From a virus, in IMG/VR virus record IMGVR_UViG_3300042197_001007: DNA of 64,000 nt; one strand, written 5' to 3'. The position numbers and the translations under genes are program-made. A model generated the notes under the pieces. The model searched no databases. It was not told the DNA's origin and saw only the letters and a list, made by a program, of their open reading frames with translations. Positions 29,008-38,133 of this stretch are shown here, one piece after another. The first letter of the stretch is position 1, and each line of letters begins with the position of its first letter.

Positions 29008-29100
29008 GCGTTCCTTCAGTCGTTTGCGTTCGCTATTCGGAAATAGCGAATGAACGATCCGTTCCGCGACTTACTTCCGTCGCATAATGCGATGAACGTA
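29008..29100 (-). ncRNA. Glutamine riboswitch family element (glnA / Downstream-peptide type)
   Basis: CGUUCA..CGGAAGUAAGUCG..CGACUGAAGGAACGC conserved core directly upstream of the DUF4278-like gene. Confidence 0.75.
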
Positions 29101-29106
29101 TATCTA

Positions 29107-29137
29107 ATTATACCACAAATTTTGTAAAATGAGATAC
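29107..29137 (-). promoter_or_regulatory. Promoter with TATAAT -10 and overlapping NtcA box
   Basis: TATAAT at 29112-29107; GTA-N8-TAC(A) at 29137-29124. Confidence 0.6.
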
Positions 29138-29141
29138 CGTT

Positions 29142-29408
29142 TTAATTACCAGAGAGATAAAAAGAAGAACCTCTTGCCAAACATACACGCTTTACTTCAG
29201 CATCATATTTTGGTTCTGGTTCTACAGTAATTAAATTTTTGGCAAACTCCCACGCATCATGATATCTCACAAACTTAAAGACATCATCATATGTCTTTGC
29301 CGATACAAGAACTCCATCACTGCGTTGTAACTTCATTACATACCAGTTAGTTGGATCTTGTCTTTTACAATAACGAATACACCAATTGCCGCGTGGATCT
29401 GAGTTCAT
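29142..29408 (-). CDS. Hypothetical protein (MNSDPRGNWCIRY..)
   Basis: ORF track, internal ATG. Confidence 0.7.
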   Translation of the reverse strand: MNSDPRGNWCIRYCKRQDPTNWYVMKLQRSDGVLVSAKTYDDVFKFVRYHDAWEFAKNLITVEPEPKYDAEVKRVCLARGSSFYLSGN

Positions 29409-29656
29409 TTTCTTTTCTTTTGTTGTGGTCCCCACATTTTGGGATTTACTCTTCCTTCTGTTTGTTTGAAGGAAATTAAACCTTCTCTATACTTATCCCA
29501 ATAATAATCAAAAATATCTACTTTTTTATTTGCGATGACGATATCATAATTGTATTGTTCATCATCATAATATTTTACTATGTACGCAGTGTATGGCAGT
29601 GTTTTATCATCCGCCAAGTTTGGATCACAGTTTTGATGAATAATTCTGACACTCAA
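29405..29656 (-). CDS. Conserved cyanophage hypothetical protein
   Basis: CDP.LA.D..LPYTAY..IFDYYWDKY..GR.NPK.W. Confidence 0.75.
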   Translation of the reverse strand: MSVRIIHQNCDPNLADDKTLPYTAYIVKYYDDEQYNYDIVIANKKVDIFDYYWDKYREGLISFKQTEGRVNPKMWGPQQKKRK

Positions 29657-30084
29657 CTTCTATTACCCCATTGAATTTGTGGAAAAGCTTCTTCAACACA
29701 TTGCTTGGTAATCTTCCAACGCTTACCAAGTTTCTTGTCCTTCATAAGACAAAGAACTTCTGCTTCTCCTTTATGTAAACCCTCAAGAAGTTGAACGAAC
29801 AACATCTCGCGGCGGTTCTGAGAGACGTTTGCGCCGCCCTTGAAGAAGAGATAGAGCTTTCTATACTCATGTACCAGTTTGGTGTGTTCCGTGCCCTCTG
29901 GTGCCTCATTAGGGGTGTATGGCACGTCTCCTTCTGGTAGCATCGAGATGATGCTTTCGTCAAAATTGGCAATCAAAACAGATCTAAGTGCGGGAGTGTT
30001 GTACTCCCGCAAAAGAGAGATCTTTTCTGCTTTTGTTTTTGCGTTGCTTACTTTTTGTAGCACTTCATTGATTAATAACTGCAT
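29653..30084 (-). CDS. Conserved T4-like hypothetical protein
   Basis: LINEVLQKVSNAKTKAEKI..LPEG.VPY..RRE.LF.QLLEGLH..EA. Confidence 0.8.
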   Translation of the reverse strand: MQLLINEVLQKVSNAKTKAEKISLLREYNTPALRSVLIANFDESIISMLPEGDVPYTPNEAPEGTEHTKLVHEYRKLYLFFKGGANVSQNRREMLFVQLLEGLHKGEAEVLCLMKDKKLGKRWKITKQCVEEAFPQIQWGNRS

Positions 30085-30111
30085 GACCTAATGTTGGTGA
30101 CATATGTGTAT

Positions 30112-30351
30112 TTAGTCTTCGTATTCTTCTTCCTCCTCATCCTCTTCGACAAATCGGACAGATAGCAATTCTTCATTAATCCACTGACCTTCTTCATCAT
30201 ACATTTCTGGATGTAGTCTTCCTTCTTCCTCCTGATTGGCATAAAGAAATTCGTGCATCTTCTCGTTTGCCGTCCATCCAGCTATCACACCAATACAAAG
30301 GAAAATGAACGAGACTGTTGCCGAGAAGTAAACGATTACTGATTGTGCCAT
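30112..30351 (-). CDS. Small membrane protein
   Basis: N-terminal TM helix, HPEMYD motif, acidic tail. Confidence 0.75.
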   Translation of the reverse strand: MAQSVIVYFSATVSFIFLCIGVIAGWTANEKMHEFLYANQEEEGRLHPEMYDEEGQWINEELLSVRFVEEDEEEEEYED

Positions 30352-30365
30352 TGTTCAACTCCGAA

Positions 30366-30533
30366 CTATTTTTCTTCTTTCTCCCACCTAAGTTCAAAAT
30401 TGAAATAAACTTGTTTGCTTAGGAAAGAAAACACTTTGTTGATTACTATTCCTCCCAAAGGAGGATCTTCTTTTTTTGGTCTCTCCCCCCTAAGCATGAG
30501 TTCGACACCTCTATTTATTTTCAATTCCTTCAT
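30366..30533 (-). CDS. Hypothetical protein (55 aa, MKELKINRGVELMLRGE..)
   Basis: Manual translation; coupled to glutaredoxin. Confidence 0.65.
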   Translation of the reverse strand: MKELKINRGVELMLRGERPKKEDPPLGGIVINKVFSFLSKQVYFNFELRWEKEEK

Positions 30534-30787
30534 TTTTGGGGAGCAGACACCAAACCCCTTTGAAGAAATAGTTTAGCAACAGGAACAAGACCTCCAACAA
30601 ATTCTCCATCAATGACAGCAGCAGGAAAACTTTCCACATTTGGATATTGTTCTCTGAATGCTGCTCGTTCTTCTTCTGTCATGTCCCCATATGAAATTTC
30701 TTCATATTCAACATTAGCTCTAGCAAACAACTCCTTGATTTTTAAGCACCAAGTACATCCAGGAGAAGTATAAACTGTGATTTCCAT
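30530..30787 (-). CDS. Glutaredoxin-like protein
   Basis: VYTSPGCTWC..FPAAVIDGEFVGG. Confidence 0.85.
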   Translation of the reverse strand: MEITVYTSPGCTWCLKIKELFARANVEYEEISYGDMTEEERAAFREQYPNVESFPAAVIDGEFVGGLVPVAKLFLQRGLVSAPQK

Positions 30788-30804
30788 AACTTTTATTGTA
30801 TGTA

Positions 30805-30833
30805 TAAAAAATGGGGAGATTTCTCTCCCCGGT
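30805..30833 (-). terminator. Terminator after psbA
   Basis: GGGGAGA-GAAA-TCTCCCC followed by A and a U-run. Confidence 0.7.
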
Positions 30834-30858
30834 AGTTTATCAGAGTTTAACTTATCTG

Positions 30859-31941
30859 TCAACCAATAGCAGGTGCTGTAAGAGCAACAGGTGTCATATC
30901 AGCAGCAGCAAGGTCAAGAGGGAAGTTATGGGCATTACGCTCATGCATCACTTCAAAACCGAGATTAGCACGGTTGAGAATGTCTGCCCAAGTGTTGATC
31001 ACATGACCCTTGTTGTCAAGTAGTGACTGGTTGAAGTTGAAACCATTCAGGTTGAATGCCATCGTGCTAACTCCAAGAGCAGCAAACCAAATACCAACGA
31101 CAGGCCAAGCAGCCAAAAAGAAATGTAGAGAGCGAGAGTTGTTGAAGGACGCATATTGGAAGATCAAACGACCGAAGTATCCATGAGCAGCAACAATGTT
31201 GTAAGTCTCTTCTTCTTGTCCGAACTTGTATCCATAGTTCTGGCTTTCTACTTCCGTGGTTTCACGAACGAGGGAACTAGTGACCAGAGATCCATGCATA
31301 GCAGAGAAAAGAGAACCGCCAAATACACCAGCCACCCCAAGCATATGGAAGGGGTGCATGAGAATATTATGCTCCGCCTGGAAAACAAGCATGTAGTTAA
31401 ATGTACCTGAAATGCCGAGAGGCATACCATCAGAGAAGGAACCTTGTCCAAATGGATATACGAGGAACACTGCAGTAGCAGCAGCAACGGGTGCGCTGTA
31501 GGCAACACAAATCCAAGGACGCATACCAAGTCGGTAAGAAAGTTCCCATTCACGACCCATGTAAGAGAAGACACCAATGAGGAAGTGGAAGACCACTAGC
31601 TGATAAGGACCACCATTATATAGCCACTCATCAAGTGACATCGCGTTCCAGATGGGATAGAAATGAAGTCCGATAGCGTTGCTAGAAGGAACAACAGCAC
31701 CAGAGATGATGTTGTTGCCATACATCAGGGAACCAGCAACAGGTTCTCTGATCCCGTCAATGTCAACGGGTGGAGCAGCGACGAAAGCAACAATGAAACA
31801 GATCGTAGCAGCGAGAAGAGTAGGGATCATCAGCACACCAAACCAACCCACATAAAGGCGGTTGTTAGTGCTGGTTACCCACTCGCAGAACTGTTCCCAT
31901 GTATTGCTCCCATCGCGGCGTTGTGCGATAGTTGCTGTCAT
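30859..31941 (-). CDS. psbA: Photosystem II D1 protein, intronless, 360 aa
   Basis: Unambiguous D1 sequence (..[13 protein letters not shown]). Confidence 0.99.
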   Translation of the reverse strand: MTATIAQRRDGSNTWEQFCEWVTSTNNRLYVGWFGVLMIPTLLAATICFIVAFVAAPPVDIDGIREPVAGSLMYGNNIISGAVVPSSNAIGLHFYPIWNAMSLDEWLYNGGPYQLVVFHFLIGVFSYMGREWELSYRLGMRPWICVAYSAPVAAATAVFLVYPFGQGSFSDGMPLGISGTFNYMLVFQAEHNILMHPFHMLGVAGVFGGSLFSAMHGSLVTSSLVRETTEVESQNYGYKFGQEEETYNIVAAHGYFGRLIFQYASFNNSRSLHFFLAAWPVVGIWFAALGVSTMAFNLNGFNFNQSLLDNKGHVINTWADILNRANLGFEVMHERNAHNFPLDLAAADMTPVALTAPAIG

Positions 31942-32021
31942 AGAAATACTCCGAGTAATTGGGGGAATGTATAAGGAACAGAATGTTACGAATTATGAGG
32001 AATTCGTAACATTTGTTAACC

Positions 32022-32056
32022 TATTTAGTATACAGCATCACATCAGATGCTGTCAA
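32022..32056 (-). promoter_or_regulatory. Composite psbA promoter (sigma70 plus late TAAATA)
   Basis: TTGACA-N18-TATACT immediately followed by an overlapping CTAAATA. Confidence 0.65.
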
Positions 32057-32110
32057 GCCCAAAAAAGGAGTATAAATACTCAATTGATCCAGTTAAAAAA
32101 GTGGCACACA

Positions 32111-32150
32111 AAAAAGGGACCGTCCTGTTATTTGGCAGGGGTCCCTTTGG
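32111..32150 (-). terminator. Terminator after the hli operon
   Basis: AAAGGGACC/GGTCCCTTT stem followed by a U-run. Confidence 0.65.
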
Positions 32151-32180
32151 CTTGCGCCGACGATATTCAATTACTATTTA

Positions 32181-32300
32181 TCACCAAACACCAGGAATAA
32201 TTTGCCCAGTAGTCATGTAAGTGCCAACAGCAATGACGAAACCGAGCATTGCCAGACGAGCATTGAGGATCTCTGCCTCAGGGGTAAAACCAAATTTCAT
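32181..32300 (-). CDS. hli: High-light-inducible protein (39 aa)
   Basis: MKFGFTPEAEILNARLAMLGFVIAVGTYMTTGQIIPGVW. Confidence 0.9.
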   Translation of the reverse strand: MKFGFTPEAEILNARLAMLGFVIAVGTYMTTGQIIPGVW

Positions 32301-32311
32301 GATTGTTCTCC

Positions 32312-32398
32312 TTAATAAGTTTCAGAAAGATTTTCTATAGCATAACACAGTGTTACTAAAAAAGCAACAGAGGTTACTGTCCAAATAACTTCAGTCAT
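32312..32398 (-). CDS. Small hydrophobic peptide (28 aa) between the hli genes
   Basis: MTEVIWTVTSVAFLVTLCYAIENLSETY; overlaps the upstream hli stop. Confidence 0.6.
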   Translation of the reverse strand: MTEVIWTVTSVAFLVTLCYAIENLSETY

Positions 32399-32592
32399 CA
32401 GAAGACACCGAAGAAGAGTTTGCCAGTGAGAGCATAAGAAAGAGCCCCAGCAATAATGCCGAGCATAGCCCAGCGTCCATTGTACTTCTCCTTTACTTGA
32501 TTGGGGGTATCCATCCCGTAGTTTTCGTAGTACATGGTGGGTTCTTTTGCCCACATATTTTGCTGACCACGATCGTTAGTAGTAACAGTCAT
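32398..32592 (-). CDS. hli: High-light-inducible protein (64 aa)
   Basis: NMWAKEPTMY..EKYNGRWAMLG..TGKLFFGVF. Confidence 0.92.
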   Translation of the reverse strand: MTVTTNDRGQQNMWAKEPTMYYENYGMDTPNQVKEKYNGRWAMLGIIAGALSYALTGKLFFGVF

Positions 32593-32618
32593 TTCACATT
32601 GTAACTTTTTACAACAAT

Positions 32619-32647
32619 ATTATATAGCAATTGTAAAGGATTGTCAA
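32619..32647 (-). promoter_or_regulatory. Consensus sigma70 promoter of the hli operon with HLR1-like direct repeat
   Basis: TTGACA-N17-TATAAT; TTGACAAT-CC-TTTACAAT at 32647-32630. Confidence 0.75.
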
Positions 32648-32650
32648 GTA

Positions 32651-35600
32651 TTATGCCTGAGCTTCTGTCCAAGAAATTCTAGCGTCAATGTTTCTAGAAT
32701 TTGTATCAATATTAGTTGCTCTAATTACGATAACTTCAGGACCATCTGGAAAGATACCAGTTGGATTCGGAGCAGTGGAAGTAGAATAAGAAGTTCCGCC
32801 GCCGCCAAGAATAGAATTTGAAATTTCTTTTACAATTGAAAGATCATAACTGTTGACGCCATTATCAGCATAGAAACCATAAATGACTTCACCACCAGTC
32901 AAGGTAGTCGTTGTTGAAAGAATAGCATACTGAGCAAGACTTGTTCCGCCAACATTTACCCAGTTGTTATTAGCACTAGGGACTGGATTGAGTAGAACCT
33001 CAATAAAGAATTTGCCAGTTGCTGAGGTATCAATTGCTCGTAAAACCAACTGCATTCTATTGACTAATTCTCTCGTTCCAAAGTTTCCAATCTGACTATT
33101 ATCTACAGAAGGTGCCACACGAAGAGCAACAATACCAATAGAAGCACCAGAAGCAATAGATCTTTGTGTTTTAGAACCAACGGTATACACATAAGCACGA
33201 TCATCATCATAACGCCCTTCCATAATAACCGACGAACCCCAGTGTGAGATTGTTGGAACAGACGTTGCCCTTAGCAATTCAATACCAATTGGTCTAGTGG
33301 CACTATAAGTAAATGTCTGTGCTGCACCTGCGCCAAGAGTTGAGAAAGTAACACCAGTTGGGTTTGCTGCTGTGACTGCTTTACTAAGAGTGATATTAGT
33401 TCCAGAAATAGAATGAACAAAAGTATCATCTGGAATGTTAGCGGCAACAACAACTTGTCCTTTCTGAATACCAGTTCCAGAACTCACAGTTCCACTAGAT
33501 GAACCAGAAGCAATTGTCAGTGATCTACCAGTAGCACCTGCTTGCTCTCTTGTTACACCAGTAAATGAACCACTCTCAGCAACTGCTAGTGGTGATAGAG
33601 CAGATCCAGTAGCAGTTGTAATGGATGCTGGAGTTGAACTACCAGCAACTGTAGTGATTGTAAATGTGGTTGAGCTTGGAACTGAGGCAACATAATATGT
33701 TTTTTCAGAAACAATATTTGAGAATGGACGATCAAATGTGATTGTCTGTGTACCACCAGGAACTAATCCTGTAGTAGAAGCAACGGTAAGAACATTACCA
33801 GAAGAATTTGCCGATATAATATCTTGTCTAAATGAGGTTGTACCAGTATAGTTTACATATTCAATCACGCCAGTTGTTGATCCAGTTGCTTGTTTGATCT
33901 TCAACGTTCCAGAAGTTGGGAAACTATATGGTGCTTTGTTTACATAGATTGTAGTAGCTCCAGAAGCAATTGAAGTTGTTGCTGTTACAAATGGGGGAAT
34001 AGTATTGACTTCATAACGAGCAGGTAAGTTACCCGATCTCATATAAGCTTCAGTATTGAAGTTGTTGTTTGGAATCTTGTGAGCATAGATTACGTTACCA
34101 TCTGTACCACGGAAACCCCAGCGAATAAATCCAGCACCATACCAAGAATAGTCCATATAGAACATCTGCATCTTGGTAAGGTCTAGATCATAACCAGACT
34201 TGCCAGTACCATCACAACGATCAATATTCCATTCTGCTTGCTTCCATTCTACTTCTGTGGTCTTAGAAACAGGAACGTTGCTAGCAGAAGGACCACGATA
34301 GTCTGGGAAGATTACAATTTGAGTATCAGAAATAACACCATCAACACGGTAAGAAGAACCACGAATAACAATATAATCACCAGGAACCAACTGCCTACCA
34401 AACTTAGTGCCTTGACCGTTTGGTGTGGTGTAGCTAGAGACGAGTGAACTGCCAGCAGTTACAGTTACTTTACCTGATAACTGGAATGTAGATGATCTAC
34501 GAACAACGCTGAGATGTCCATTCGCATAACGGAAGAAGATACCGTTTTGCTGATCCATCATACCAATCTCAAGTTTGGTTCCATAAGAATTGATTGGAGA
34601 AATTGTATAGTTACCAGCACCAGTTGATTCTTGTGGTGCTGTTGTTGCTGTGTATTGGAATGTATATGGATTAGTAACGTTAGTTACTTGGAACTGTCCA
34701 TTATAATTGTTGTCATTTACTCCACGAACGCTAACAATTGTGTCTCTAGTTACGTTATGAGCAACGGCACAGACAACTGTTATCGTGCTTCCAGATGCTG
34801 TGATGCTATCAATATTTTCAATCGCAGGAGCAAGAATAGAACCAGTAGAGAATGCTACGCCTTTACCAGACTGATAGCGGAAGTAACGTTTTGTCTGACG
34901 GATTGCTGCTTGATTAGCAGAAAATGTATTAGTAGAGAACTTTACACCACCATCAAATGCTCTGTGAATTGAGTTACCCTGTGGTCTTGGATAAAGCTTC
35001 TTAGTGCCACTATCAACAGATCCAGATGGTGCTGCGTCTGGGAAGTAGTAGAAACGGACAGGACTTTCAACTCTTGCTACAGTCCAAGAACCATTTACAT
35101 TTGTTCCAGAAGAACCAGTAACAGCGATTTCGTTACCAACTTCTAGTCCGTGAGCATTTGTACAATCAACACGAACAGAACCATTCATAACACCAGAAGC
35201 AATTGCTGTAAGTGTAATTGTTCCGCCAATATCAGAAGCAGTATAGTGTACACCAGCATAGATAGCAGTTCTAGAAGAATCATAGATGCCACCATTACCA
35301 GCAACCCAGGGGAATGATGCTGTGTACTTGAATGTACTTTGTGCTGACTGTACGCTGTCTACGATGAACACACCGTTAGCACCAGGGAAGTCAGTATCCT
35401 GTACAAAGATCGCAGCTCCAGCAGCAGGTAAAGCAGTAACTAATGTGTTGACAGAAACAGTAACTGTTTTGCTGTTGGTTGTTACCTGAACATCAGTTAC
35501 AGCATAAGGAGTTTCACCCTTGTAGGCAAATGGGTTGTTGTTGATTGTAGCGAGACCTTCCCATTTGGTGCTCTGAGTACCATATTCAAAGTCAGTATCC

Positions 35601-35953
35601 ATCTGAGACTGTGGTTGAGAAATTCTCAACTTGTTCACAGCATCGTGGTATGTTTCTGCTGGTGCGAAACTCTCTTCAAATTCATCATAAACAATCTGGA
35701 GTTTGTCAGTTGCTGACATCGTTGTGGTGTCATATGCCAACGTTACTCTCGTTGTAGTAACGTTACGAATATCAGTAGCGATAGTATAAGCAGTAGCAGT
35801 AAGCTCTGGGTCAGAGAAGTTATAGATTACTTTGTTGTCAGTAACGTTCGTAATCAGTACAAGTTTCTCTCTTGTGATACCACCAGGAATAACAACAACT
35901 CTATTCGCTGGATCAAAAATGTAGTAATTGTTTAGAATGGATTTTCTCGCCAT
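32651..35953 (-). CDS. Large virion structural protein (1100 aa)
   Basis: Ser/Thr-rich beta protein, DTDFEYGTQSTKWE, IRQTKRYFRYQSGKG; late promoter TAAATA at 35991-35996. Confidence 0.8.
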   Translation of the reverse strand: MARKSILNNYYIFDPANRVVVIPGGITREKLVLITNVTDNKVIYNFSDPELTATAYTIATDIRNVTTTRVTLAYDTTTMSATDKLQIVYDEFEESFAPAETYHDAVNKLRISQPQSQMDTDFEYGTQSTKWEGLATINNNPFAYKGETPYAVTDVQVTTNSKTVTVSVNTLVTALPAAGAAIFVQDTDFPGANGVFIVDSVQSAQSTFKYTASFPWVAGNGGIYDSSRTAIYAGVHYTASDIGGTITLTAIASGVMNGSVRVDCTNAHGLEVGNEIAVTGSSGTNVNGSWTVARVESPVRFYYFPDAAPSGSVDSGTKKLYPRPQGNSIHRAFDGGVKFSTNTFSANQAAIRQTKRYFRYQSGKGVAFSTGSILAPAIENIDSITASGSTITVVCAVAHNVTRDTIVSVRGVNDNNYNGQFQVTNVTNPYTFQYTATTAPQESTGAGNYTISPINSYGTKLEIGMMDQQNGIFFRYANGHLSVVRRSSTFQLSGKVTVTAGSSLVSSYTTPNGQGTKFGRQLVPGDYIVIRGSSYRVDGVISDTQIVIFPDYRGPSASNVPVSKTTEVEWKQAEWNIDRCDGTGKSGYDLDLTKMQMFYMDYSWYGAGFIRWGFRGTDGNVIYAHKIPNNNFNTEAYMRSGNLPARYEVNTIPPFVTATTSIASGATTIYVNKAPYSFPTSGTLKIKQATGSTTGVIEYVNYTGTTSFRQDIISANSSGNVLTVASTTGLVPGGTQTITFDRPFSNIVSEKTYYVASVPSSTTFTITTVAGSSTPASITTATGSALSPLAVAESGSFTGVTREQAGATGRSLTIASGSSSGTVSSGTGIQKGQVVVAANIPDDTFVHSISGTNITLSKAVTAANPTGVTFSTLGAGAAQTFTYSATRPIGIELLRATSVPTISHWGSSVIMEGRYDDDRAYVYTVGSKTQRSIASGASIGIVALRVAPSVDNSQIGNFGTRELVNRMQLVLRAIDTSATGKFFIEVLLNPVPSANNNWVNVGGTSLAQYAILSTTTTLTGGEVIYGFYADNGVNSYDLSIVKEISNSILGGGGTSYSTSTAPNPTGIFPDGPEVIVIRATNIDTNSRNIDARISWTEAQA

Positions 35954-35996
35954 TACTGACTGCCTCTAGATAGATATTCTTTGCTCTATCTATTTA

Positions 35997-38123
35997 TCAG
36001 ACACCATACTTGGCACGGGTAGCGTTGAAGTTCTGGGATACTTCTACCGCTGATAATCCTTTGCTGTATAGTCTGAAGCTCCCTAGTCTAGCATTCAGTT
36101 CATATCCAGCAGTATTGAAACTAGCAATATACAAAGTTCCAGTATTAGTAATATTATATCCAGTAGTTGTTCCAGTCATAGCAACAGCAGCATTATTCAC
36201 ATATACTGTTAGTGCTCCAGCAAGGTATCTGACTACAATATGGACCCAGATATTTGAGTTGATTGGATTTGATGTTCCAGCACTACTACCATGAAAATAA
36301 ATGTTATTAGTAGCACCATTCAAGTAAGCATCAAGAGAAGATGTATTGTTATTGACAGAAAACAACCTTCTATTAGTACCAGGATTGCTTAAGATATATA
36401 CCCACATTTCTACAGTTCCATTTGCCCCGAACCCCCAAGCACCATTTGTTGGAACAGTAATGTATTGGTTTGTTCCATTCAAAGTTAAATACCCACCATT
36501 AGAACTGCTGTAACTAGGTGTATTAAAAATTGATCCAGTATGACCAACACCACTAATATCATAAATCACATTTCTATTTCTAGGACTTGGATAAGATATA
36601 GATGGTTCAAAATATAAAACTAATTGATCTGTTATGATTCCAGAAGATGTAGTAATTTTTGCTACCTGTCCATTAGGAACATAATTCAATCCACTAAAAG
36701 TATTGATTTCATTTACTTGAACTTTCTTGTTAGCAACTTGTGTGGCAAGATCATCAAACAAAATCTTATTGGCACCAAAAGGATATGTAACTAGATCACT
36801 AGTATCTTGTCTCACAGATCCATCAGATAATCTACCGATGTTATCTGTAATATTCAGAATTGTATAGTCATAGTTTGTTCCCCCAGAGGAATATTGGAAA
36901 GCACCAAATCCATTACCAGAAGTACTTACTTTACCGAATGTATAAGTGTCAGGTTCTCCAGTTACTACATTTGTTGCCTCATCTGTAAACAACAAATAGA
37001 AAAATGATGGGTCAGCATCCAACGAAACGTTACCAATTGTTTGATCTAAGCTACTATAAAGAGTTCTAGTCCAAAGCAACGTTCCATCTTGGGAATACTT
37101 GTTTAGTAATACAAAATCGTCGTTGTTATATGTAAATCTTCCAGCAACTATAGTTTGCTGTGTTTCTCCATCAGATTTAACACCATAAAATTCAAAATTT
37201 CTATCTAACTTAGTTTCTTTTTGCCATACAATATTTCCTTCTGGAGAATACTTAATGAGAAATCCTCTTGATTTATTGCCAATAGTATCACGAATTGTTC
37301 CTACAACATAGATCTGATCTTTACTATCAATATAAACATCTGTACATTCTGTTTGCCAGTATGAAGATGACGTTGCCAATCTCGGATCTTCTATAGTTCT
37401 TTCCCACAATAATGTGCCATCGGTAGCATTAACTTTAGCAATATATCCTTTATTTTTTATAGTATCAGATACTTTGCCAACAACTACAACTTGCCCTCTA
37501 GAATTAGTATCACATTTCACAAACGTTACTGGTCCGTAAGTAGATCTACTATCTTTTCCCCAAAAGAAAGCACCACTTATATCAGTAGTGTTTGGTATTC
37601 CGCCAAAACCATCTCCGTGTATTTTTTCAAGATATCCTCTGTTTAAACTAGAACCACAAACGTAGATATTATTACTATTATCAACGGCAATCCCAGTATA
37701 TCCAAGTCCAGCAGTATTAGATGCTACTTGCCACGAAATATCACCACCATTTGAATACTTGGCAACCCAAGCTCTTGTTCCTGTTTTTCCACAAACAATC
37801 AAATTGTTACTGCTATCCAGATCAAGAGCAGTAAGAGTTGTATTAGTGCTGTTTAATGTTGATTCTATTTCTACCTTCCAATCTAATGTTCCATCATCAG
37901 ATCTTTTTTCAAACCACCCCTTTCCTTTGGATGAAGCAGTTTCATTTGATCCTGCTAGCAAGAACTTTTGATCTGGAACATTATATCTAATCTCATCTGG
38001 TAGATAAACACCATCAGTTCCTGCTGACTGATCTATTCTACGAAAGAAGTTTGTAACTACCTGTGCTCCTGTGGATCCCAACAGGAATAAATTTCTGGCA
38101 GGACTATTGAAACCTACTGGCAT
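35997..38123 (-). CDS. Virion protein with beta-propeller repeats and a C-terminal LamG/ConA-like domain
   Basis: Repeated KYS..G...W; NGTNQY..VEMWVY..WVHIV..RLYSKGLS. Confidence 0.75.
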   Translation of the reverse strand: MPVGFNSPARNLFLLGSTGAQVVTNFFRRIDQSAGTDGVYLPDEIRYNVPDQKFLLAGSNETASSKGKGWFEKRSDDGTLDWKVEIESTLNSTNTTLTALDLDSSNNLIVCGKTGTRAWVAKYSNGGDISWQVASNTAGLGYTGIAVDNSNNIYVCGSSLNRGYLEKIHGDGFGGIPNTTDISGAFFWGKDSRSTYGPVTFVKCDTNSRGQVVVVGKVSDTIKNKGYIAKVNATDGTLLWERTIEDPRLATSSSYWQTECTDVYIDSKDQIYVVGTIRDTIGNKSRGFLIKYSPEGNIVWQKETKLDRNFEFYGVKSDGETQQTIVAGRFTYNNDDFVLLNKYSQDGTLLWTRTLYSSLDQTIGNVSLDADPSFFYLLFTDEATNVVTGEPDTYTFGKVSTSGNGFGAFQYSSGGTNYDYTILNITDNIGRLSDGSVRQDTSDLVTYPFGANKILFDDLATQVANKKVQVNEINTFSGLNYVPNGQVAKITTSSGIITDQLVLYFEPSISYPSPRNRNVIYDISGVGHTGSIFNTPSYSSSNGGYLTLNGTNQYITVPTNGAWGFGANGTVEMWVYILSNPGTNRRLFSVNNNTSSLDAYLNGATNNIYFHGSSAGTSNPINSNIWVHIVVRYLAGALTVYVNNAAVAMTGTTTGYNITNTGTLYIASFNTAGYELNARLGSFRLYSKGLSAVEVSQNFNATRAKYGV

Positions 38124-38133
38124 TTATCTATCC

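Noticed and set aside
30859-31941. Intron or homing endonuclease in psbA
   Set aside because: Continuous 360-aa ORF.
32005-32022. HLR1 box at the psbA promoter (GTTAACAAATGTTACGAA)
   Set aside because: Half-site spacing and sequence deviate too far from consensus.
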